Source: a virus
Length of the DNA: 40,848 nucleotides
Direction: 5' to 3' (one strand)
IMG/VR virus record: IMGVR_UViG_3300043609_000024
The first letter of the stretch is position 1, and each line of letters opens with the position of its first letter. The position numbers and the translations under genes are program-made. The notes beneath the pieces are model-generated. The model did no database searches and was not told the DNA's origin. It saw only the letters and a program-made list of their open reading frames with translations. Shown here piece after piece: positions 8,642-15,891 of this stretch.

Positions 8642-11080
8642 TTACATCATTCCGGGGGGCGGGGGTCCAACGCCTGCTGCGGGCAGAGGTTGCTGCGTCG
8701 GTGGCTGTTTGGGCGGGCCCTTGCCGTTCTGGCCCCGGGTCGGGCCCGGAGAAGCCCCGGGCGGGCCCTGCGGGGCCCCGGGTGGCGGCATCGGCGGGCG
8801 CATCATCGCGCCGGTCGGATCGACCTGCATGTAGGCATGGAGCATCTCCTGATAGCCGTCGATCAGATCGACCACGCCACGTGAGTGACGGACCGGATGT
8901 AGCAGCATCTTGATCATTTCGAGGGTGAGGTTGATGACCATCGGCGGCGGCAGCAGCCCCGCCATCAGCAGGCCCTGCGAGGACTGCATCACGCCGCCGA
9001 TCACCTGCATGATTTGCGCGTTGGCTTCCTTCTCGGTGGCTTCGTCGGCTTGGACCGTGCTGTCGGTCTCGATGTCGATGGAGCAGAACCGTGTGAAATC
9101 GTTGCGCAGGATGTCCATGATCTCGGGCGTGACGTTCTCGCCGGTCATCAGGGTGAGGGTGTCGGCATCGAAGTTGCGGGCGATGATGTCGGCTTTCAGC
9201 CGCATCAAATCGCGGGTGAAGTTGGCGACGTTGGTCTGCACGCCGCGCATGCGGCCGCTTCCGACGGTGCCCTTCATGCGCTGCGCGGTGGCGGTCTCGT
9301 ACGGGTTGGTCGCGCCGCGAATGATGTCGGCAATCCCGATGATCTCATAGATCGCGTTCTTCTGCTGATCTCTGGACATGTAGAGTTCTTTGAGCGCGTT
9401 CACCCATTCGAGAATAGGCACGAGCCATATGTGATTTTGCAGACCCCCTGACATAAGGTCCACACCATCGACGGGCAGGAGTTTGCCGTCGTCTGCCGTA
9501 AGTAGATTGGCGATGTCCTTGTTGGCCGCGTTGTAACCGCCGCGAACCTTGATCTTGGCAGTGAGATCAGAAATTCGTCGAGAAGTGTCGTCGAGGTCGG
9601 CGGCGAGGTGCGCGTAGAGGTCATAGAACGCCTTCGGGATCATGCTGTCTGTCGTCACAACGGCGCAAATCGGCTTGGGTATCGGATAAAATCCTTGCAA
9701 CCCAAGAACGTCGGGATCGACACGCAGCGCGCAGCCACCGCCTTCTCGAATGATCCAGAGAACTTCGCGCGTCGAGCGGTTCCAGATTTCCCAGACCATG
9801 GCTTTGCGAACGACACTGTCCAACTTGCCAGCGGTCTTCGGCGAAGGCCCGCCTGCAACGGGCGATTTGGCGGCGCTTTCCTCGGTCCATTTCAGTAGCT
9901 CCGAAATTTTCCCGGCGTCGGTGTACTGCTTGAGTTTTTCGCTATCTCCGAATTCGGAGAGAAGCGCCTTTTCAGAAAAGAGGTGCCGGAACGCAATCCA
10001 TTCGACGTCGCCGTGCTGGCGCACGGCATCAAGAAGGATGTCCTCCCAGAAGACATACTCGTCGTCTACGGTCTCCCAGATTTTCGTGTCCTTCATCTGG
10101 GGCTCGCCGGTCATCGGGTTTTGCAGCGGGCCGCCCATCACTGGGTCCTCGACGGGCACTTGCTTCAAAACAGGTTTCCAGCGGACACGACAAATCCCGC
10201 GTCCCGGCAACAGCATGTCTCTGACGGCAGCTTCGACGGCCGCGTGGCTCGCTTCGTCTCCAGCGACGATTTCGAGGGCCTTTTCCATGACGGCAGCCGC
10301 CGTCTCGATGTCCTGCTGGCTGGGCATGCCGGGCGGCATCGGCGCGGGCTGAGGAACGGTCTGGGGCCCGACGGGTTGGCCCGGCGGCGGAGGCATGCCC
10401 CCCAACATATCGCCGCCACCGCCCGGCATCGGTGGTCCGCCGCCCATCATGCCGGGCGGACCCATGCCGCCAGAAGGCTGAGGCGGCATGGGCGGCCCTG
10501 CCATCCCGGGAGGCGGGGTAGCCGCACCGGGTGGAGGCTGCATCATTTGCGGGGGCATAGGCCCCGCAGGTGGAGCCATTGGCGCTCCGGGCCCTCCGGG
10601 ACCCACGGGCGGCATAGGTTCACCTACAGGGCCCATCCCCGGAGGAGGCGGTGGCCCCATCCCCGGAGGCGGCATCATCGGAGGTGGCGGCAGCGGCGGC
10701 ATCGCCGATTTCTTCACGAAACGCGATCTTACTACCGGATCCGGCGGTTTCGAATACGCCGCCGGGAGCATCACTTCGGTATTGGCGTACAAGATATTGA
10801 AAACGCTGGACTGACCCGTCCGGGTGAGGGATTGGGTCTTGCCGACTTTCGGGCGGGTGATGGGGAGGTCGCCCCGGTAAATCTGGACGATTTCGCGGCC
10901 GCGTGTTCGCCAGTCTTTTTCGGCACGCTCGGCATCAGCTAGGGCCCGTTCCCAGAAAGAGGTGTCCACGTCGGCAGGATTGGAGGCCGCGATGTCGGGG
11001 GCGTCAGGCTTGTCGCCCTCGGGAGACATGGGGGCTACGCGGGGGAGATCGTCGCCCTTGGAGTAGGAGGTCTCCGCCAT
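8642..11080 (-). CDS. Portal protein (812 aa) with an internal Pro/Gly/Met-rich insertion and a similar C-terminal tail
   Basis: Largest ORF just downstream of terL. Conserved-looking N-terminal segment (SSVFNILYANTEVMLPAAYSKPPDPVVR) and a long alpha/beta body. Start shares one base with the upstream stop. Confidence 0.75.
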   Translation of the reverse strand: MAETSYSKGDDLPRVAPMSPEGDKPDAPDIAASNPADVDTSFWERALADAERAEKDWRTRGREIVQIYRGDLPITRPKVGKTQSLTRTGQSSVFNILYANTEVMLPAAYSKPPDPVVRSRFVKKSAMPPLPPPPMMPPPGMGPPPPPGMGPVGEPMPPVGPGGPGAPMAPPAGPMPPQMMQPPPGAATPPPGMAGPPMPPQPSGGMGPPGMMGGGPPMPGGGGDMLGGMPPPPGQPVGPQTVPQPAPMPPGMPSQQDIETAAAVMEKALEIVAGDEASHAAVEAAVRDMLLPGRGICRVRWKPVLKQVPVEDPVMGGPLQNPMTGEPQMKDTKIWETVDDEYVFWEDILLDAVRQHGDVEWIAFRHLFSEKALLSEFGDSEKLKQYTDAGKISELLKWTEESAAKSPVAGGPSPKTAGKLDSVVRKAMVWEIWNRSTREVLWIIREGGGCALRVDPDVLGLQGFYPIPKPICAVVTTDSMIPKAFYDLYAHLAADLDDTSRRISDLTAKIKVRGGYNAANKDIANLLTADDGKLLPVDGVDLMSGGLQNHIWLVPILEWVNALKELYMSRDQQKNAIYEIIGIADIIRGATNPYETATAQRMKGTVGSGRMRGVQTNVANFTRDLMRLKADIIARNFDADTLTLMTGENVTPEIMDILRNDFTRFCSIDIETDSTVQADEATEKEANAQIMQVIGGVMQSSQGLLMAGLLPPPMVINLTLEMIKMLLHPVRHSRGVVDLIDGYQEMLHAYMQVDPTGAMMRPPMPPPGAPQGPPGASPGPTRGQNGKGPPKQPPTQQPLPAAGVGPPPPGMM
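10322..10702 (-). other. Low-complexity P/G/M-rich segment within the portal ORF (about aa 127-253)
   Basis: The translation reads MPPLPPPPMMPPPGMGPPPPPGMGPVGEPMPPVGPGGPGAPMAPPAGPMPPQMMQPPPGAATPPPGMAGPPMPPQPSGGMGPPGMMGGGPPMPGGGGDMLGGMPPPPGQPVGPQTVPQPAPMPPGM. Confidence 0.85.
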
Positions 11081-11514
11081 CAGTCCTTATCCTTGGCTTT
11101 CGGCTTCTTTTTCGGGGATTTCGGTATGACGTACTGGCCCTTGCCATGAAACGGGGCTGGGTCTCTTTCGGGCGGCAGCTGTGCTTGCGGAACCGGCGGC
11201 ATTTGTGGCGGCGGGACAATGTTGGGAGCCCCGGGGCCCGGTTGGGCTTGCGGGAAGTTCATGCCCCTCGGGTCCATCGACCGCTGCGGCATCACGGCGA
11301 AGTCTCCCGGCTTGTTTCCAGCATCCGGCGGCAGGTCCCACGCCTGCGGGCGCATGGGGGCGGGGAACTGATCGCGGCCCTGCTGCTGCCAGACGGCTTC
11401 CTGCGGCACCGCCTGTCCGCCGGGTTGTTGGGCGAGAAGTTGCGCGAATGCATCCCGCAGCCACGCGCCGTTGTCGGAGCCTTGCGGTAGCTGGTCCTCG
11501 TAGCCTGCCGACAT
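11080..11514 (-). CDS. P/Q/M-rich protein with Lys-rich C-terminus (144 aa)
   Basis: ORF between terL and the portal, sharing one base with the portal start. C-terminus is KSPKKKPKAKDKD. Confidence 0.55.
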   Translation of the reverse strand: MSAGYEDQLPQGSDNGAWLRDAFAQLLAQQPGGQAVPQEAVWQQQGRDQFPAPMRPQAWDLPPDAGNKPGDFAVMPQRSMDPRGMNFPQAQPGPGAPNIVPPPQMPPVPQAQLPPERDPAPFHGKGQYVIPKSPKKKPKAKDKD

Positions 11515-11546
11515 GTGGTGTTTCCCCCGTCTTTCGAGCCCTACAC

Positions 11547-12959
11547 CTAGTCGCGAAGTTCGTCCAGCTTAAACGCGTTGCGGATCATGAGAGGGTTGAG
11601 GTCTTCGTCGGCCTCGATGCGCGCGCCGAAGGGCCTGCTCATGCAGGCGTAGCGGATGTCGTCAACGGCATGGTCCTCGCCCTCGGTGTCGAGGTCTTCG
11701 GGGCGGTTGTCGTCGTGCTGCTGCATCGGGAGGGTACGGATCGCGTCGCGACAGTGATCGACGAAGAAGATGAGCGGGTCGCCGTCTTCGTCTCCCTTGA
11801 GACGCCATCGGACTTGATCCCAACCACCCATCCGCTTCGGCGTAGAGACACGCGAGTTATCGGCACGCCGGAAATACACGCCATGACGTGCAAACGTTTC
11901 ACCAACTGACGGACCTGACACGACCGCGAACGCAGCAGGGTCCAGTATTCCGTAGGCGATGGGCTCTCTGAAGCCCCGTCCATCTGTTTCACGACGCACG
12001 ACCTCCTTGGCTACGGCGTCAGCGGGGAGCTTCAGCCCTTTGTTGGGGCCCGAGGCCCCATACCACTCGCGATATCTGATGATCGCGTTTTTTGGGATGC
12101 GTCTGTTATCGTGGATGAAATCGTCCTGCGCCACCACCCACCAGCCGAGGGAGAAAGGCGAGGCGGAGCCCCAATCCATCGATCTGAAGCGGGTCCAGTG
12201 AAGAGGAATTCGCGGCGGCGTGATGACGTGCCTGTCGGGATTGAACTCCGGAAAGAACGCGCCCTCGATGATGCTCCAGTCGCCGTCGAGCCAAGCCCTG
12301 ACGAGCGCGGGGCTGCCCGAGGCTTTGAGGCGGTTGATGTAGGAGGGGTCGTTATTCAGCAGCGCCGGGTTGTCGGTAATCTTGGCGGGAATAAATATCC
12401 TGATCAGCCCCGTCTCGGCGTCTTTCACGGGGCGGTACGGGCCGTTGTCGATCACCCAGCTTTTCACCCAGTGATGTCCCGGGCCCCCGGGATTGCAGGT
12501 TGCCCGGAACTGGCAGCGCACTCCGGCAGAGCCCCGGAGCGTCGCGAACAACCTGAAGATACCAGCAGAACTCGGGTACTGCGTCAGTTCCTCCACATAC
12601 ACCCGGGTGAGAGACCAGCCCTGATAGTTCATGGCATCGGCATCGTTCTCCAGATACGCCATGTGAAAGACGGCACCATTCCGGAAGCGAAACTGCTTTT
12701 CCTTGTCTTTCCATTCGGCGGCATCCCCGTACATCTGACGGGCAACGTCGATGGTGTCTTTAAGGTCCTCGCGTGACCTGCGGAGCATCAGGCCCTTGGC
12801 GTTGGGGCCCCAGTCCTCGGCGTGGCACCAGAATTCACCGAGGCTCGCAAAGGACTTGCCGCCTCCCCGGGCCCCGCCGTAAACGACAATGTCGGCAGGG
12901 CACGTCAGAAAATGATGCTGGGGCCCGGGTTGAGGCTTGAAGCCCGTGACGATCTTCAC
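11547..12959 (-). CDS. terL: Terminase large subunit
   Basis: Walker A-like GGARGGGKS near the N-terminus, a Walker B-like VYVEELT segment, and a C-terminal nuclease-like region with acidic motifs. GTG start overlaps the terS stop as GTGA. Confidence 0.9.
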   Translation of the reverse strand: MKIVTGFKPQPGPQHHFLTCPADIVVYGGARGGGKSFASLGEFWCHAEDWGPNAKGLMLRRSREDLKDTIDVARQMYGDAAEWKDKEKQFRFRNGAVFHMAYLENDADAMNYQGWSLTRVYVEELTQYPSSAGIFRLFATLRGSAGVRCQFRATCNPGGPGHHWVKSWVIDNGPYRPVKDAETGLIRIFIPAKITDNPALLNNDPSYINRLKASGSPALVRAWLDGDWSIIEGAFFPEFNPDRHVITPPRIPLHWTRFRSMDWGSASPFSLGWWVVAQDDFIHDNRRIPKNAIIRYREWYGASGPNKGLKLPADAVAKEVVRRETDGRGFREPIAYGILDPAAFAVVSGPSVGETFARHGVYFRRADNSRVSTPKRMGGWDQVRWRLKGDEDGDPLIFFVDHCRDAIRTLPMQQHDDNRPEDLDTEGEDHAVDDIRYACMSRPFGARIEADEDLNPLMIRNAFKLDELRD

Positions 12960-13858
12960 CCGAATAAATCCTTCGCGCTAGGTATCCGAGGGCTCAATAC
13001 CCGTTTTTTAACCGGTACCTTACCGCGCTGGAAGGGGGCCCCTTTTTTGGGGGCCCGGGGTCCTAATAGCGTGGTGCGTGCGCCAGCCACAGGGGTCCCA
13101 GTTACCGGCCCAGTTGGGGCCCCGTTTTCGGGTCGCCCGGGTACGCCTCCATCGCATGCGATCCAATCGGATGTGATCAAACCTAAGTCATTGATTTCAT
13201 TAGATAATCCTGAGCCTTGAGGCTCTGGCCCTTCAAGGCTCGAAGGCTCGGGCCCTGCTAAGGCATTGAAACCATTGGGGTTTGGGGGCTCGTTGAGCCC
13301 TAATGGCGGGGCGGGCGCGTCGGAGACGCGTGCTATTTGGGGCTCTGAGCCCTCAGGATGACGCAGGAAAGAGCCCTCTAGGGGCGAGCCCCCAAGGCCC
13401 GCTACCCAAGCCCCAAGGGCCTGCTCTGCCGGGGCATCAGGATCGCGCGAAGGCCTTCGCAAAACCTCAAGCGTCGCCTTGTCCGTGACATGGCCATACA
13501 GGCGAGCGAGCGAGAATGCGGCGTTATGGGCCGCGCTGAATTCGTCAGCGTTCACGGCCCCGCTAAAGACCCTTTGCAACATGGCCGTTACCTCAGGGAG
13601 CGTCACAACGCCTGTAGTCCGGCGGGCCTCAAGGATGGCTGCGGCACGCTCTTGGATGCGCGGCAGGGCGAACAAGAGGCTTGGGGCGTCTTTACGGTGC
13701 AGATTGAAACCAGCCCTTGTGAAGGCAACACCTAGGGCGATGCCGTCGCATGCCATGCGAACGAATAGCTCTTCCCGTGCGTCCGTCAAATCACGCCCTA
13801 GCAGGGCCGGGCCGGTCTCAGTCTTTTGACGCAAGCCCCTTGAAATAATCGCAGCCAT
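12956..13858 (-). CDS. terS: Terminase small subunit-like protein with a long low-complexity C-terminal extension (300 aa)
   Basis: The N-terminal ~130 aa (LTDAREELFVRMACDGIALGVAFTRAGFNLHRKDAPSLLFALPRIQERAAAILEARR) fit the Terminase_2-type pattern (LT..q..F...y.......A...AG........a..ll..p.v...i). It lies directly upstream of terL and is coupled to it. Confidence 0.7.
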   Translation of the reverse strand: MAAIISRGLRQKTETGPALLGRDLTDAREELFVRMACDGIALGVAFTRAGFNLHRKDAPSLLFALPRIQERAAAILEARRTTGVVTLPEVTAMLQRVFSGAVNADEFSAAHNAAFSLARLYGHVTDKATLEVLRRPSRDPDAPAEQALGAWVAGLGGSPLEGSFLRHPEGSEPQIARVSDAPAPPLGLNEPPNPNGFNALAGPEPSSLEGPEPQGSGLSNEINDLGLITSDWIACDGGVPGRPENGAPTGPVTGTPVAGARTTLLGPRAPKKGAPFQRGKVPVKKRVLSPRIPSAKDLFG

Positions 13859-13893
13859 CTTTGCACTGCCCCTCTCGGAAACCTAGGGTTTGA

Positions 13894-13923
13894 CTAATAG
13901 TGCCGAAACGGCCCTATTGTCAA
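13894..13923 (-). promoter_or_regulatory. Sigma70-like promoter candidate for the packaging/structural operon
   Basis: The minus strand reads TTGACA (13923-13918), an 18-nt spacer, then TATTAG (13899-13894). It lies about 35 nt upstream of the terS ATG. Confidence 0.4.
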
Positions 13924-14310
13924 AACGGTTTAGTCTCGATTTGCAACAAGATACCAAAACGGGACTAGTCCGTTTCGGCCTCGGATTATCCGAAAAACAC
14001 CCGGTTCCATACGTATGATGCATACGACGGAACTTTTAGAAGGCCCTTTGCCGGGCTTTAGAAGAGCCCTGAGGGGCCTTACGATTGGGGGCTCCATATG
14101 CACCCCCTCTCAAATCAAACGCATGGGCGGTGAATTCACGTTCCGTTCTAAAATGCCGTTTTTAGGAATGTAACCCTAGATTTGGATCATAATCCTATAT
14201 CAGAACGGCCCTAAATAAATCGGGGCATGCGGGCCCTGAGGGGTTGACAGCGAGCCCCGGCCAATGAGAAGTCAGGGCTCTTGACCCTACCAACCCGAAA
14301 GGCCCTACCA

Positions 14311-15807
14311 ATGCTTTCCCTGAATACTCAAATCCCCTCGCATGCCCGTGGCACCATTCGCGCCCTTGTTAAGGCCCATACCTCTTGGCCCGCCTATCTC
14401 GTGGAAAAGGGCATCATCTCGGCAAAAGCCCTGAATTCAAACCTCTTGGAATTCGCCCTCAGGCATCCGGCCCTAACGGCCCAAATCGAAACCATCCTAG
14501 GCCAAAGCCCGCAGGGCTCGCAGGTGGATGCCCCCGAAACCCTCATGGATGATGAAACGATGGAAGATGCAGAACCGGCGGCAGCCTCGCAAAGCGTATC
14601 GGCCCCGCATGGCTATGAGCTTGACGGCGTTTTGGCCCCGGTGGAACAACTCATGAGCCCTCTTATGCGGCAGGAACTCGGCAAGGCCCTTGGGCCCGTG
14701 ATCGCGGCAGCCAATAAGGGGCCCGTGGAAATTGAACGCATTGTGGAAATTGAACGCATTGTGGAAGTGGCCCCGGGCGAAATGCCCAAGGCCCGCACGC
14801 TCCCCAAGGCCCGCAGGGACAAGCGGGTTACGGTTCGCACGCTCTTTCCGACACGCAAGCATGACGCTTATCTTGACGCGTCCGTGACGCTTTGGACCGG
14901 TGCGGCAGCCCCGGCCGTTGACCCTCATTACGTCGTGGACCGTAATCAGATGGCGACCATGCTAACCTCTTGGGAAAGAGGCGAAAACGTGTGGTTAGTC
15001 GGGCCGTCCGCGTCGGGTAAATCATCCATGCCGCGCTATGCTGCGGCAGTCACGGGACGGCCCTTTGTCTCAATCGAGATGATGAAGCAAACCGATACGG
15101 AAGCCCTTATTGGCGGAACGGGCTTGGTCAACGGTCAGACCATATGGGTGGATGGTTCGTTCACCCAAGCCCTGCGGCAACCCGGGACCGTGATCTTGAT
15201 CGATGAATTGACGCTGGCCCCTCCTAGCGTGCAGGCGATTATTCAGCATGCGGCCAGCGAGCATAGGTCCTTGACGCTCCCAACCGGTGAAGTGGTTCAC
15301 GCTGCGGACGGCGTGGTTTTCGTGGTCGCCGATAACACGGCCGGAAGCGGGGACGAAGGCGGGCTTTATGCCGGAACCAACGTTAGCAATGTGGCCTTGG
15401 TTACGCGTTTCGCTCGCATGATCCATATGGATTATTTGAGCCCGCAGCGTGAGGCGGAAGCCCTCGCGAACCACACGGGCTGCCCATTACCTGCAGCGCG
15501 GCATTTGGCCGATTGGGTGCAACAAGCAAGGCGCATTCCGACGCTCGCTGGCGTGGTTATCAGCATGCGCCAAATGATCGCCTTGGTTCGCATGATCCAA
15601 GATGGCTTTAGTTCGCAGGACGCCTTCAAGGCCACGCTCTCAAGCCGGATGCCGTCCGTGGAACGCGCGACAATCGACGGGCTGGCCGATCTGGCGTGGA
15701 ACGTGTCTTTTGAAGCCATGGTTCACGGCAAGGACGCAGCCCCGATTGTGACGCCGTCGAATTCGGCGGCAGCCCAAGCATTCGGCGACGCAACGAACCC
15801 TTACTAG
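14311..15807 (+). CDS. cobS: CobS-like / MoxR-class AAA+ ATPase
   Basis: Walker A is VGPSASGKS and Walker B is VILIDELT. The segment ADNTAGSGDEGGLYAGTNVSNVALVTRF matches the CobS signature NTxGxGDxxGxYxGT. The ATG at 14311 is preferred over the TTG at 14281 used by the ORF track. Confidence 0.8.
   Translation: MLSLNTQIPSHARGTIRALVKAHTSWPAYLVEKGIISAKALNSNLLEFALRHPALTAQIETILGQSPQGSQVDAPETLMDDETMEDAEPAAASQSVSAPHGYELDGVLAPVEQLMSPLMRQELGKALGPVIAAANKGPVEIERIVEIERIVEVAPGEMPKARTLPKARRDKRVTVRTLFPTRKHDAYLDASVTLWTGAAAPAVDPHYVVDRNQMATMLTSWERGENVWLVGPSASGKSSMPRYAAAVTGRPFVSIEMMKQTDTEALIGGTGLVNGQTIWVDGSFTQALRQPGTVILIDELTLAPPSVQAIIQHAASEHRSLTLPTGEVVHAADGVVFVVADNTAGSGDEGGLYAGTNVSNVALVTRFARMIHMDYLSPQREAEALANHTGCPLPAARHLADWVQQARRIPTLAGVVISMRQMIALVRMIQDGFSSQDAFKATLSSRMPSVERATIDGLADLAWNVSFEAMVHGKDAAPIVTPSNSAAAQAFGDATNPY
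14725..14766 (+). repeat. In-frame 18-bp tandem repeat (about 2.3 copies) inside the CobS-like gene
   Basis: GTGGAAATTGAACGCATT occurs twice in tandem, followed by GTGGAA. It encodes VEIERI-VEIERI-VE. Confidence 0.9.
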
Positions 15808-15837
15808 GGGTTTGACAAACAAACCCGAATAGGCGTA

Positions 15838-15866
15838 AAAAGGGGGCCCAAAAGGCCCCTTTTCTG
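15838..15866. terminator. Hairpin flanked by an A-tract and a T-tract between the CobS-like and CobT-like genes
   Basis: AAAAAGGGGGCC-CAAAA-GGCCCCTTTTCTGCTTT. The GC stem is 6 bp, extendable by A-T pairs. Confidence 0.45.
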
Positions 15867-15891
15867 CTTTCAACATAGGAAAACCCTAGCA

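Noticed and set aside
13054-13066. CCCGGGGTCCTAA resembles CCCGGGGCCCTAA at 17898-17910 (12 of 13 identical, same orientation), bracketing the CobS/CobT module like cassette boundaries
   Set aside because: The match is short and imperfect, and the surrounding DNA is saturated with GGGCCC-type strings. Chance similarity cannot be excluded without statistics.
13902-13979. 78-nt segment with a 10-bp terminal stem, which is tRNA-sized
   Set aside because: Neither strand has a T-loop (GTTCRA) or D-loop signature, and no cloverleaf can be drawn. The stem overlaps a promoter-like element, so it is treated as a regulatory inverted repeat.
14244-14272. TTGACA hexamer upstream of the CobS-like gene as a promoter
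   Set aside because: No acceptable -10 hexamer lies at 16-18 nt (AGAAGT, GAGAAG). It may still be real in an alphaproteobacterial host, but the sequence does not support it sufficiently.
14281-14310. TTG start for the AAA+ ATPase, as given by the ORF track
   Set aside because: An in-frame ATG at 14311 with a weak GAAAGG upstream is more plausible. The difference is 10 codons and does not affect the functional call.
15812-15841. TTGACA-N18-TAAAAA promoter-like element upstream of the CobT-like gene
   Set aside because: Its predicted start site would fall inside the hairpin/T-tract at 15838-15866, so the two predictions conflict. The -10 element is poor. It is left uncalled.
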